Shown in pieces: positions 38,386 through 48,353 of a DNA stretch of 64,000 nt; within the stretch, counting starts at the first letter, position 1; each line of letters starts with the position of its first letter. Both the position numbers and the translations under genes were made by a program. The notes beneath the pieces are model-generated. The model searched no databases. It saw only the letters and a list, made by a program, of their open reading frames with translations, and was not told where the DNA came from. The stretch is from Candidatus Bathyarchaeota archaeon (GTDB lineage Archaea; Thermoproteota; Bathyarchaeia; TCS64), in assembly GCA_963769425.1 (NCBI GenBank), contig CAVYLP010000004.1:288001-352000 (forward strand), written 5' to 3'.

Positions 38386-39448
38386 AGAGGACGCGCTCGT
38401 AGGCAGCTAGGTGCTGGTCGATGACATTCCCCACCTCGTGAACGGATGAGACGTAGCGTCTGCCCTTCTCCCCAAGCTCCTTCCAATTCCCCTCCAGCAG
38501 CCACCGGAGCCCCGAGGCGTAGTCGCCCCCCTTCACGTGGTAGCCGAACCCGCTGGCGAAGCCGTCGGGGTCGTGCGGGCTGAGGATGGCGCACCCGTGG
38601 GCGGCCGCCTCGAGGAAGCTGACGGGTAGGCACTCGCTCACGCTCGTGTTCACGAGGACCCAGCTCGACGACAGCAGTGCCTCCTTTTCGATTCCCTCGA
38701 TGAAGCCGGGGAACTCGAGGTTTCGCACGGGGTAGTACTTCCTCACGAGGTTATCGTCACGGCTCTTGCTGTTGGCTTTCCCCGCGGCGACGAACCTTAC
38801 ACCGGGGAACTCCTTTGCTAGCTCGAAGAACGTCTCGGGCCTCTTCTCCCTGTCGAACCTGCCGAGAAAGCAGACCATGGGTGTCTTCGCTTTGGTGGGG
38901 GTTCTCTTCGGTACCCTCACGGGATTCGGGAGAAACAACGGGTCCTCCGCAAGATTGTATAGTGCCTTTGTCTTGGGTACGATGTACTTGGCCTGGCAGT
39001 AGACGGCGTCGAGCCTCTTGACGCAACCATCGACGCCTGGGCAGATGAAGGCATTATAGAGCTTGCGCCTAAGAGGGTAGTACCTCTCGACCATACGCCA
39101 GTCTTCCCTCGTCTTCGGGTTCTGCGAGGTAGCGACATGTTTCGAGCCGGGGACCGCCTCAAGCGCTATCTTCGTACCCCAACTCGGCTCCTCCGAGTGG
39201 TAGATGTCCGCCTTTATCCCACTGTAGATGTCGCCAGTCGAGGGGTATCTCGTGAGGGGAAAGGAGTGGACTGCCATGCCGTCCAGTTCCTCCAGTCTCC
39301 CCTGTCTTTTCCCGGCGGGGACGACGACGGAGACGTCGACGCCCCTCTTCGCGAGCTCCCTGCCTATCATCCTCGTCGCCGCCCCGAAGCCGCCCTTCCT
39401 TCCCCAGGCGAAGAGCTCGGTGGCGACTAGGCAGAGGTGTAGATCCAT
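38363..39448 (-). CDS. GT4 glycosyltransferase
   Basis: GGFG, GRFDREKRP, ECLPVSFLEAAAHG. Confidence 0.8.
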   Translation of the reverse strand: MDLHLCLVATELFAWGRKGGFGAATRMIGRELAKRGVDVSVVVPAGKRQGRLEELDGMAVHSFPLTRYPSTGDIYSGIKADIYHSEEPSWGTKIALEAVPGSKHVATSQNPKTREDWRMVERYYPLRRKLYNAFICPGVDGCVKRLDAVYCQAKYIVPKTKALYNLAEDPLFLPNPVRVPKRTPTKAKTPMVCFLGRFDREKRPETFFELAKEFPGVRFVAAGKANSKSRDDNLVRKYYPVRNLEFPGFIEGIEKEALLSSSWVLVNTSVSECLPVSFLEAAAHGCAILSPHDPDGFASGFGYHVKGGDYASGLRWLLEGNWKELGEKGRRYVSSVHEVGNVIDQHLAAYERVLSTPRPSS

Positions 39449-39482
39449 AATAATATTTACTTTCAACTATCTTTTATAAATC

Positions 39483-40622
39483 ATGTGCCCGCGGGTGTTA
39501 GTAATCACCCCCTGTTATCCGCGTTTCCCGGGGGACTTTAACGGTGGGTTCGTGAGGGACCTCTGCCTCCGTCTCGCGGCGAGAGGGGTGGAGCTCTCGG
39601 TGCTCGCGCCAAGAAGCAGGACGATGGGGGACCAGGTGGCGCCTTACCCGGTAAAGCGCTTCCCCTATCTCCCCCTGAGGAGGCTTGAGTCCCTGCCAGA
39701 GGAGACCATGAAAGGGGCACCAATAGGAAGGCTCGCCCAACTTCTCCCCTACATGGCATCATGTCTCCTTCACGCCTCGGCCGCCTCTCCCATGCTCATC
39801 CACAGCCACCTAGCTATCCCCCTCGGCTTCGTCGCCTCCTTCGCTCCCGTCAAGGCGCCTAAGATAATCACCTGCCACGGCAGCGACTGCACGTTACCTC
39901 TCGACAACCCCGCGTACCTCCCTTTCACCCGACACGCCCTACGAGATGCTGATCTCGTCGTCGCCGTTTCTCGATACGTCGAGTGCCTCTCTAGGAGGCT
40001 CGGAGCGAGGAAAACAGAGACAATCTACCTCGGCGTTGACACCCGCCGCTTCAAGCCACCCACGGATCGCTCCGAACTCAGGATAAAGGCGGGAATTCCT
40101 AAGGATGCACTTGTCGTAGGTACCCTGGGGCGGCTCGTCCGAGAGAAGAGGATACTAGACATCATCGAAGCCTCCGGGCTGGTCTCGAAGAAATTGGAAG
40201 CGATGTTTCTAATTGGCGGGGATGGACCTGAGAAGCGGAGCCTTGAGGCTTTCACGAGGGCGAGGGGGTTCGACAACGTCCGATTTATGGGAACCATTAA
40301 CGACACGCCATCCTTCCTCGGCTTGCTGGACATATTCGTTCTAGCCTCCTCCCGTGAGGGACTCTCACTGAGCCTGCAGGAAGCCATGGCTTCCAAATGC
40401 GTCCCGGTTGCAGCCGAGGGACACGGTTCGGAGGAGCTTATCACAGACGGGCGTAATGGCCTACTCTACGCCGGTGGTCCTACAGAGTTGGGGGATCGAA
40501 TAATCGAGGCCGCGGACTCCCTTTCAATGGGTAGTAGAGCCAGGGAGACGATCATCGAAGGATTCGACGCCGAGGCGGGCGCGGACAAGTACGCGGAGCT
40601 CTACAGCCGGCTAGCCTTTTAA
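39483..40622 (+). CDS. GT4 glycosyltransferase
   Basis: HGSD, GRLVREK, EGLSLSLQEAMA. Confidence 0.82.
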   Translation: MCPRVLVITPCYPRFPGDFNGGFVRDLCLRLAARGVELSVLAPRSRTMGDQVAPYPVKRFPYLPLRRLESLPEETMKGAPIGRLAQLLPYMASCLLHASAASPMLIHSHLAIPLGFVASFAPVKAPKIITCHGSDCTLPLDNPAYLPFTRHALRDADLVVAVSRYVECLSRRLGARKTETIYLGVDTRRFKPPTDRSELRIKAGIPKDALVVGTLGRLVREKRILDIIEASGLVSKKLEAMFLIGGDGPEKRSLEAFTRARGFDNVRFMGTINDTPSFLGLLDIFVLASSREGLSLSLQEAMASKCVPVAAEGHGSEELITDGRNGLLYAGGPTELGDRIIEAADSLSMGSRARETIIEGFDAEAGADKYAELYSRLAF

Positions 40623-40646
40623 TCGGAGGTGACTCATCTCTCAGTC

Positions 40647-41315
40647 ATGAGGGTCGCTGGGGTCGACGAGGCGGGGAGAGGCAGCGCAATCGGCCCTCTC
40701 GTCGTCGCTGGTGCCTCATTCCCCTCGGAGCACATAAAGACCCTTGTGGAGCTTGGCGTCAAGGACTCGAAGCAGTTAACCGCCAAGAGGCGTGAGGAGC
40801 TTGCGCCCCAGATCGAGGCACTCGCTACGGGGGTCAGATACTTTGACCTCCAGCCACGCTCCATCGACTCCGTCGTGAACCGCGGCGTCAGGCTGAAGAG
40901 ACTCAACTACCTCGAAGCCGCCGCGATGGCGAGGGTGTTGAGAGAGCTCGACCCTGAGGAGGCCTATGTCGACGCCTCGGATGTGGACGAGGTCCGCTAC
41001 GGCGAGACGATACTCCGCCTCCTCCCCGCCAAGCCTAGGATCGTCTCTGAGCACAAGGCGGACTCAACGTACCCCGTTGTGTCCGCAGCCTCTGTTCTAG
41101 CTAAGGTGAGGAGGGACGCCCTAGTCGCGGCTCTGCGCGTGGAGTACGGGGACTTCAACTCCGGTTACCCTAGCGACGAGAGGGCGATAGAATGGCTTGA
41201 GTCATGGTATAAGGAGCATAGGAGCTGGCCCAGCATAGTGCGCCACAGTTGGGAGCCGGTGAAGAGGATCCGTCTCGACGCCGCTCAGACGAGGCTCGCG
41301 AGCGCCAGCGCATGA
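40647..41315 (+). CDS. rnhB: Ribonuclease HII
   Basis: GVDEAGRG, DSK, KAD, AASVLAK, SGYPSD. Confidence 0.93.
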   Translation: MRVAGVDEAGRGSAIGPLVVAGASFPSEHIKTLVELGVKDSKQLTAKRREELAPQIEALATGVRYFDLQPRSIDSVVNRGVRLKRLNYLEAAAMARVLRELDPEEAYVDASDVDEVRYGETILRLLPAKPRIVSEHKADSTYPVVSAASVLAKVRRDALVAALRVEYGDFNSGYPSDERAIEWLESWYKEHRSWPSIVRHSWEPVKRIRLDAAQTRLASASA

Positions 41316-41971
41316 TCCAACTCGTAGGGGTCGAGCTCGATGACCTCCTCGACCCTGAATCCACCGGCCTCTAGGATTTTGACCTGGTCCTTGTATATCT
41401 CTGCAGGGTCCCTGCTAACGTCGATGCTCCTCGACTTAATTGAGAGCATCACGTAGCCTCCCTTCTTGAGGAACAGGCGCGCGTTCTTCACGACTATATC
41501 TGCCTGGTCGGGCTGCGCCACATCAGCGAAAATTGTATCTACCTTTGACACCTGGAAAGCGTAGCTTTGGGGCTGGCGAGCGTCGCTGAGGATTGGAGTC
41601 AGGTTCTTCCTGTACTTCGCGACCTGGTCGATTAGGTCCCTTATCGGGCGGGGGGCGAAGTCGACTCCCCAGACATGGCCCGATTCGCCGATTATGTCGG
41701 AGACGTGGCTGCAGGTGGTACCAGAGGCAACACCCAGGTAAAGGACCTTAGCACCGGGGATGATGGGGTTCCTCTTCAGCCCCTTCATGATGGCGGCACC
41801 GAGCTTGCTGCGGGAGGGGTTCCAGAGGCGGTATTCGACACCGCTTAGGTTGATTAGTTCTTCCCCGTACACTCTCTTCCCTGGAGCTAAGTTACGGGTG
41901 GCTAGGAGCCTCTGCCCGTTTTGAGTTATGAAGTAAACTCCTGGCGTGTGCTCGGCAATTGTGGGCCCCAA
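41285..41971 (-). CDS. flpA: Fibrillarin (C/D sRNP methyltransferase)
   Basis: VYGE, YRLWNPSRSKL, LYLGVASGTT, DVAQPDQ. Confidence 0.95.
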   Translation of the reverse strand: MGPTIAEHTPGVYFITQNGQRLLATRNLAPGKRVYGEELINLSGVEYRLWNPSRSKLGAAIMKGLKRNPIIPGAKVLYLGVASGTTCSHVSDIIGESGHVWGVDFAPRPIRDLIDQVAKYRKNLTPILSDARQPQSYAFQVSKVDTIFADVAQPDQADIVVKNARLFLKKGGYVMLSIKSRSIDVSRDPAEIYKDQVKILEAGGFRVEEVIELDPYELDHALALASLV

Positions 41972-41977
41972 TCGGGG

Positions 41978-42241
41978 CTACCTCGGCGTCGGGTCAGCCG
42001 CCTCTGCGTCAGGGCTGTCGGCGTCAACCACCCTAGCTTGGTCTATAGCGAGCTTCTGTAGCCAAGTCATCGGAACCTGAAGCTCGCCGACCCTCTTTGC
42101 GAAGTGGTGACAGTTGGGGTAAGCCGGCGTCTTGCAGACCCTCGCGAAGAAGTCCTTAGTTATCTCAACGTTGCAGTCGAAGATGAATGGGCAGTCCTTA
42201 CGCCCGAACTTCTCCTGGAACGCCTCTGAGAACGTGGACAC
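41978..42241 (-). CDS. Small Cys/His hypothetical protein
   Basis: CPFIFDC...C....PNCHH; TTTAAA upstream; 6 nt from the fibrillarin start. Confidence 0.6.
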   Translation of the reverse strand: MSTFSEAFQEKFGRKDCPFIFDCNVEITKDFFARVCKTPAYPNCHHFAKRVGELQVPMTWLQKLAIDQARVVDADSPDAEAADPTPR

Positions 42242-42289
42242 CCGCAGACCCTCTGGAAAGATACGCTGGGTCCCCGCATTTTAAACCTT

Positions 42290-43450
42290 TCAGGGCTCCG
42301 TACGGCGCCTCGACTCATTAGCCTGTGATGCGGCCTCGTCCAGATCCTTCTTGAGCTGCTCAGCGATCATGCTACCACTGAAGGCGTCTGCCCTCGCAGC
42401 TATGGAGAGCTTCGCGGCTAGGTGGCGGGCGCGTAGCCCGCGGAGGCCGCGTGGGGCCGCGTTCACATAGGGGTGCTGGAAGATAAGTCCATGCTTTGGG
42501 GGTTTCGCATGGGTCTTCACGGCCCTATAGAGCGCCTTCTCGGCGCCGAGTATCTGTAGGGTGCTGGAGGGCATCATTGCGAGGCGCTTAAGGCCGCCCG
42601 CCCTCTCGATGAGCTTTGCGGCGAGAGTTGGCCCGGCGAGGGCTGAGACATTTGGGGCAGCCTCCGCGGCGATGCCGGAGATGTACTCCGTCAGCTTGCC
42701 CCTGTACTCATAGAGTGAGAGGACTTGGTTCGCGAGGCGCTGCACCTCAGTGAGCTCGTCGCCACTTAGCGGAGCACCCATTGAGCCCTCTGCCCCCCTT
42801 ATGATGCTCGTCGCCTCCCTGCGCTGCAGCCCAAGGGCCTCGACCTTCTCCTGGGTGGCCGAGGAGCGGTCACCAATCTCCTTAATGAACCTGAGATAGC
42901 TCTCGTGGTCGCGCACGATCCTACTCAGCTCCGGGTAGTGGAGACCATACCACTCCCTGACGCGGCTGCTGAGACCGTTTAGGCTTGTATCGAGTTCGCC
43001 GAGTAGCTGGACAGTCTGTGTGATCTGGGCCTCCTTTCCGCCGAGAGCATCCTGAACAGCGCCTCGGGTTAGGATGGTGGAGACTTGGCGCCCGAGGTCA
43101 TAGTAACCCTCCTCGTCGTGGACGATATTGTTCTGGCGGGCGATCTCGGGGAGCTGCTCCCTTAGCTCGTCCCCGGGGCCTGAGTCGACGACGCTGATGT
43201 CGAGGCTGAACTCACCGCGGAGGGTCTCGGCGAGCTCTGGGTTCGTGGTGGTTATGCCGTCGAAGCCCCTCTTGATGATGCCCTCTATGACCCGGGTGAC
43301 CTCCTTTGTGACCTCGCCGTTCCTTTGTCTCGTTATGGTGCGGGCGATCTTCTCGGGCTCTTTTGGGTACAGCGCCTTCTCTATCACCCTGCCGTCGGCT
43401 GTTATGGCGAACACGCCGATTAGGGTCTCCTCTATGTGGGCTCTTGTCAA
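42290..43450 (-). CDS. nop5: Nop5 (Nop56/58) C/D sRNP protein
   Basis: REWYGLHYPEL, QILGAEKAL, PPKHGLIFQHP. Confidence 0.95.
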   Translation of the reverse strand: MTRAHIEETLIGVFAITADGRVIEKALYPKEPEKIARTITRQRNGEVTKEVTRVIEGIIKRGFDGITTTNPELAETLRGEFSLDISVVDSGPGDELREQLPEIARQNNIVHDEEGYYDLGRQVSTILTRGAVQDALGGKEAQITQTVQLLGELDTSLNGLSSRVREWYGLHYPELSRIVRDHESYLRFIKEIGDRSSATQEKVEALGLQRREATSIIRGAEGSMGAPLSGDELTEVQRLANQVLSLYEYRGKLTEYISGIAAEAAPNVSALAGPTLAAKLIERAGGLKRLAMMPSSTLQILGAEKALYRAVKTHAKPPKHGLIFQHPYVNAAPRGLRGLRARHLAAKLSIAARADAFSGSMIAEQLKKDLDEAASQANESRRRTEP

Positions 43451-43532
43451 GTCGTTCGCCTGGTCGTCGCTTCAGTGATCGGCGTGGTGTTTCTAAACGT
43501 TATTGGGCAGTAGCAAGTTAGCGGCCCAAATT

Positions 43533-43929
43533 TCATCGAATCCCCGTGTCTATGTCGATCTGGAGGACAATCGTGCTGCCCTGCTTCACGGTCACTGTAA
43601 TTGGCAGTACGCGTGAGCAGCCGAGGAAGGTGCAGTTACTCATGGTGAGGCTGTATGTGCCCGGTTTCACCTGAGCAGTGAAGTATCCGGTGCCGTTCAT
43701 TGGTATCTCGACCCGTGGCAGAAAAGTGCCCTCTAGGATGATGCGCCTTGATGTGTAGACCTCTGGTGGCGGGTGGCTGCCACCGACGGGCTCCACGGGT
43801 GTCCAGGGCCCTATAGTCACCGTGCCCTGTATGATACCGACGCCGTAGCTTGAGGAGTAGAACAAGGAAACAACCAGGATCGCAGCGAGGCCGACGGCGA
43901 TTATAAGAGTGATGTTGCCTGCCTTCATT
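43533..43929 (-). CDS. Membrane-anchored hypothetical protein with small Ig/prealbumin-like domain
   Basis: N-terminal TM helix, GTVTIGP, PGTYSL, DIDTGIR. Confidence 0.55.
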
Positions 43930-44033
43930 GGTATCCATGCAACACCGGGGTTCGGCTCTTTATAGACCCTGCAGTGTATGGACACCTTTAATTTTAGGAG
44001 GGTTAAGTTACAGTGGTCAGCTTGGCTGGCGAA

Positions 44034-44939
44034 GGTTTAGCCGTTGAAGTCGCTGGGCTCAAGCTCCGCTCTCCGACGATGAACGCCTCGGGTGTCCTCG
44101 GGATGTCCGCATTGCTTCTCAAGCGTGTATACGACTCGGGCGCGGGTGCCGTGGTAACTAAGAGTCTAGGCCCAGCCCCTAGGCCTGGACACATAAACCC
44201 GACGGTCGTTGAGGTCGAGGGAGGCATCTTAAACGCGATGGGCCTCCCCAACCCAGGCGTTGAGGGTTATCTGGAGGAGCTCCGCGAGCTGAAGGGCGAG
44301 GGTGTACCCATTGTGGCGAGTTTCTTCGCCTCGACAGTTCAGGAGTTTCAGTCAGACGCCAAAGCGCTGGCGAGGGCCGGAGCCGATGCACTAGAACTTA
44401 ACCTCAGTTGCCCGAATGTGGGGGGAGAGCCTGGGATGTGCGCCGCCGACGATGTGAGCGTCGAGAGGGTCACGCGCTCCGTGAAGCAGGTTGTCAAGAT
44501 CCCTGTGTTCGTGAAGCTATCCCCCAACGTCACGGATATAGCGGGGATAGCAGTCGCGGCGGAGAAAGGCGGGGCTGACGCCATCACTGCCGTGAACACC
44601 CTGAAGGCGATGGCTATCGACGCCGACTTCAGACGCCCGGTCCTTTCAAACGTCACCGGCGGGCTATCCGGCTCCGCTATCAAGTCGGTCGCCCTCCGCT
44701 GCGTCTGGGAGATTGCCGAGGTTGTCAAGGTGCCGATAATCGGCTGCGGGGGCGTATCCAATTGGCGCGACGCCATCGAGTACATGCTCGCGGGGGCCTC
44801 AGCGGTCGAGATCGGGACCGCGGTGATGAACCACGGCTTCGAGGTCTACGGTAATGTAAACGATGGTGTGGCACGTTACTTGAGCGAGAATGGGTTCGGC
44901 TCAGTATCAGAGGCGGTCGGCCTCGCCCACAAGCGGTGA
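44034..44939 (+). CDS. pyrD: Dihydroorotate dehydrogenase type 1B catalytic subunit
   Basis: NAMGLPNPG, NLSCPN, VKLSPN, GGLSG. Confidence 0.93.
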   Translation, partial: GLAVEVAGLKLRSPTMNASGVLGMSALLLKRVYDSGAGAVVTKSLGPAPRPGHINPTVVEVEGGILNAMGLPNPGVEGYLEELRELKGEGVPIVASFFASTVQEFQSDAKALARAGADALELNLSCPNVGGEPGMCAADDVSVERVTRSVKQVVKIPVFVKLSPNVTDIAGIAVAAEKGGADAITAVNTLKAMAIDADFRRPVLSNVTGGLSGSAIKSVALRCVWEIAEVVKVPIIGCGGVSNWRDAIEYMLAGASAVEIGTAVMNHGFEVYGNVNDGVARYLSENGFGSVSEAVGLAHKR

Positions 44940-44943
44940 TACC

Positions 44944-45726
44944 ATGACAACCGTGAAGATCGAGAGGGTGGTGAAGGAGACGCCAGACATCTACACACTC
45001 TACTTTCCCGCGGTCGCGGGCGCACGCCCCGGCCAGTACGTCATGGTATGGCTCCCCGGCGTCGACGAGGTGCCGATGAGCCTCTCAACGATCGGTAGGG
45101 CTTCGAGCATCACCGTCAGGGTGGTTGGCGATGCGACGCGGACAATGTCGGAGCTAAAAACGGGAGATCGAATTGGACTACGTGGGCCTTTCGGGAACGG
45201 CTATACTGCAAAGGGGAGTAACCCCATTATGGTCGGGGGCGGCACGGGAATAGCTTCCCTCACGCCCCTAGCCGAGGAGATGACCTCGAAGGGCGTTAAG
45301 CCCACCTTCATAATCGGCGCCCGCAGCAAGGACCAGCTTCTCTTCAAGGACCGGCTAAGCCACCTCCTCGGGTTCAACCTCGTCGTCTCCACGGACGACG
45401 GCTCCGAAGGCTACCACGGCTACGCCAGCAACCTTGCCGCAGAGATCATGTCACATGGGAAATTCGACCAGCTATACGTCTGCGGCCCCGAGATCATGGC
45501 CGTCAAGACCTGGGCGGAGGCGGATAGGCTCGGGGTACCCACGCAGGCCAGCCTTGAGCGGCTCTGCAAGTGCGCTGTCGGTCTCTGCGGGAGTTGCGCC
45601 ATAGGCCCATACAGGGTATGCAGGGACGGCCCCGTCTTCGACTCAGCGAAGCTGCGGGAGGTCGCCGTCGACTTCGGTAAGAGGCGGATGGACGCCTCGG
45701 GCCGGATGATCCGGGTCGACCACTGA
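44944..45726 (+). CDS. pyrK: Dihydroorotate dehydrogenase electron transfer subunit
   Basis: PGQYVM, RGPFG, GGGTG, CGP, CAVGLCGSC...VCRDGPVF. Confidence 0.92.
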   Translation: MTTVKIERVVKETPDIYTLYFPAVAGARPGQYVMVWLPGVDEVPMSLSTIGRASSITVRVVGDATRTMSELKTGDRIGLRGPFGNGYTAKGSNPIMVGGGTGIASLTPLAEEMTSKGVKPTFIIGARSKDQLLFKDRLSHLLGFNLVVSTDDGSEGYHGYASNLAAEIMSHGKFDQLYVCGPEIMAVKTWAEADRLGVPTQASLERLCKCAVGLCGSCAIGPYRVCRDGPVFDSAKLREVAVDFGKRRMDASGRMIRVDH

Positions 45727-45762
45727 GGAAACCGTTTTCTATATCTAAACCACCATCGATCC

Positions 45763-46491
45763 ATGTCCAGCGACAAGGCGAGGGTGGACGTCCTCTTCGA
45801 GTGTTTCTACATGAGTCTCGGTGTCCGCGAGGGGCACCCGATGCTGACCTTCAGGTGGCCCCTGACCCCGATGCCGCCGCCAGCAATCGGTCAGACTTAC
45901 AACGGGGTCACCTTCAACCTCACGTCCACGAACACCCTGCTCCTCAGGGACGGGGGAAAGAACATCGTAGTCGATCCGGGCATAATACAGCTCGGGCGCT
46001 ACGGGTGCCTCCCCAAGAGGCTCGCGGAGTTCGGCCTAAAGCCGGGGGACATAGACCTCGTCATCAACACCCACTGCCACTACGACCACACCGAGTCCAA
46101 CTACATGTGGCGGGGGAAGCCACTCATCATTCACGAGGCCGAATATGAGTACGCGGCGGAGCTATACTGGCCGGAGTGGCGGAAGGCGTTCATCGATGTC
46201 CTCGACGTTAGGACCTTCAAGGGGGAGAGGCAGGTCACGAATAACATTCGCCTCATAGAGACGTTCGGCCACACACCGGGCAGTGTCTCCGCCCTTGTCG
46301 AGACCGCCGAGGGCCTCGTAGCGTGCATAGGCGACGCCGCAATCGTGAAGGAGGACTACCTAGAATTCAGGGAGCCGATGGTGGTGACTAAGAACATCAG
46401 CGGTGCGACCGCTGTGGAGAGCCTGAAGAGGATCGCCGGTTACAAGCCGATGCTCGTGATCCCGGGCCACGACGCCCCGTTCAGGCCCTAG
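45763..46491 (+). CDS. Metallo-beta-lactamase fold hydrolase
   Basis: THCHYDH, GHTPG, GD, PGHD. Confidence 0.85.
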   Translation: MSSDKARVDVLFECFYMSLGVREGHPMLTFRWPLTPMPPPAIGQTYNGVTFNLTSTNTLLLRDGGKNIVVDPGIIQLGRYGCLPKRLAEFGLKPGDIDLVINTHCHYDHTESNYMWRGKPLIIHEAEYEYAAELYWPEWRKAFIDVLDVRTFKGERQVTNNIRLIETFGHTPGSVSALVETAEGLVACIGDAAIVKEDYLEFREPMVVTKNISGATAVESLKRIAGYKPMLVIPGHDAPFRP

Positions 46492-46535
46492 AAAGGTTTA
46501 TAGTCTTACGCCCTCCCAGAAGACGGCGGTAAAGT

Positions 46536-46715
46536 ATGCCGACTCACGGTTCGCTGACGAAGGCCGGTAAGGTCAGGGCGCAGACGCCGAAGATCGAGGC
46601 GCAGCCCAGGACCCACCTCGCCCCCAAGAGGAAGACGAGGGCAAACTACATCAAGAGAGTAGTCCACGCGCCACGCGATGATCGCCGCGGCGGCGACCGC
46701 AGACAGCGTTTTTAA
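46536..46715 (+). CDS. rps30e: 30S ribosomal protein S30e
   Basis: Manual translation MPTHGSLTKAGKVRAQTPKI..., 59 aa; below the track cut-off. Confidence 0.95.
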   Translation: MPTHGSLTKAGKVRAQTPKIEAQPRTHLAPKRKTRANYIKRVVHAPRDDRRGGDRRQRF

Positions 46716-46731
46716 GCCCCTCCAACCCTAG

Positions 46732-48306
46732 TTGGACTCGGTTTTGAATAGCGCCCTCAGGGAGATCGTAGAGAAGCTTCTTCAGGTAAAAGACCCAACG
46801 AAGGCTGACCTAGATCGGGTAAAGATCGAGGTCGCCCGGGCACACGGTCTTCCGCAGATACCCCGCAACTCGGAGATACTCGCTACCCTCACTGAGGAGG
46901 AGGCAGAGATTCTACTGCCCATTCTCAGGAGGAAGGAGGCGCGCGCCCTAAGCGGGGTGAGCGTCGTCGCTGTGATGACTGAGCCCTACGCTTGCCCCCA
47001 CGGGCGCTGCGCCTACTGCCCCGGCGGCCCCGACGAGGACAGCCCCCAGAGCTACACGGGCTACGAGCCAGCCGCAATGAGGGGCGCGCAGAACGAGTAC
47101 GATCCCTACAGGCAGGTCAAGGCGCGGATCAAGCAGTTGAAGACCATCGGGCACGTCGTCGACAAGGTCGACCTCATAATCATGGGCGGGACCTTCCCCG
47201 CGTCGCCCCGTGCCTATCAGGAGGGCTTCGTGAAGGGGCTCTTAGACGCACTCACCGACGTGCCATCCGCTGACCTCGCCGAGGCGAAGCTTCATGCCGA
47301 GGACTCGGGCGTGAGGAACGTCGGCATAACCGTCGAGACACGACCCGACTGCATAAAGGAGGCGGATGTGAACGGGATGCTGGAGCTGGGCGTCACACGC
47401 GTGGAGCTCGGCGTCCAGAACGTCTACGACGACATCTACCAGAAGGTCAACCGGGGCCACTCGGTGCAGGACGTGGTAGACGCCACGGCCTGCCTCAAGG
47501 ACTCCGCCCTCAAGATATGCTACCACATGATGCCCGGCCTCCCCGGTTCAAACCCGGAGAGGGACTTGGAGGGCTTCAGAACAATCTTCGAGGACCCTCG
47601 CTTCAAGCCGGACATGCTCAAGATATACCCCACCCTAGTCGTGAAGGGTACGCGCCTCTACGACTGGTGGAAGAAGGGCGAGTACACGCCCCTTGAGACG
47701 GAGGAGGCGGCTGAGCTGGTGTCCAAGGTGATGGAGATCACGCCACCGTGGGTCAGGATAATGCGTGTCCAGCGTGACATACCCCTCCCCAGGATAGACG
47801 CGGGGGTCGACATGAGCAACCTCAGGCAGCTAGCCGAGGACCGCCTCGTGGCGAGGGGCGGTCGTTGCAGGTGCATCCGATGCCGCGAGGCTGGCCACTC
47901 CGCGAAGAAGGCCGACTCGGGTAAGGTCGAGTTAACCCACACAGTCTACGAAGCCTCGGGGGGCACCGAGGACTTCATACAGGCCGAGGACAGGGAGGCG
48001 GACGCCCTCATAGGCTTCGTCAGGCTCAGGATACCTACTGAGCCCTTCAGGCCCGAGCTGGACACCCAAACTGGGCTGATCCGAGAGCTACACGTCTACG
48101 GGCGCATGGTCCCCGTCGGTGAGAGGCGGGGCGACGCGTGGCAGCACAGGGGCTGGGGTGAGGCACTCATGGATGAGGCCGAGAAGGCCGCCTCTGAGAG
48201 GTTCGATATGCGGAGGATGGTAGTGATGAGCGCCCTCGGAACGAAGCAGTACTATGCCCGCCTCGGCTACGCGAAGCAGGGCGTCTATGTCTCCAAGCCC
48301 CTCTGA
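46732..48306 (+). CDS. elp3: Elp3 radical SAM/KAT tRNA U34 acetyltransferase
   Basis: CPHGRCAYCPGG, ETRPD, KIYPTL, RELHVYG, QHRGWG. Confidence 0.95.
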   Translation: MDSVLNSALREIVEKLLQVKDPTKADLDRVKIEVARAHGLPQIPRNSEILATLTEEEAEILLPILRRKEARALSGVSVVAVMTEPYACPHGRCAYCPGGPDEDSPQSYTGYEPAAMRGAQNEYDPYRQVKARIKQLKTIGHVVDKVDLIIMGGTFPASPRAYQEGFVKGLLDALTDVPSADLAEAKLHAEDSGVRNVGITVETRPDCIKEADVNGMLELGVTRVELGVQNVYDDIYQKVNRGHSVQDVVDATACLKDSALKICYHMMPGLPGSNPERDLEGFRTIFEDPRFKPDMLKIYPTLVVKGTRLYDWWKKGEYTPLETEEAAELVSKVMEITPPWVRIMRVQRDIPLPRIDAGVDMSNLRQLAEDRLVARGGRCRCIRCREAGHSAKKADSGKVELTHTVYEASGGTEDFIQAEDREADALIGFVRLRIPTEPFRPELDTQTGLIRELHVYGRMVPVGERRGDAWQHRGWGEALMDEAEKAASERFDMRRMVVMSALGTKQYYARLGYAKQGVYVSKPL

Positions 48307-48353
48307 CCCGCATCTCTTAATACCCGGAGCAGCGGTAGAAATCCTGATTCTAG

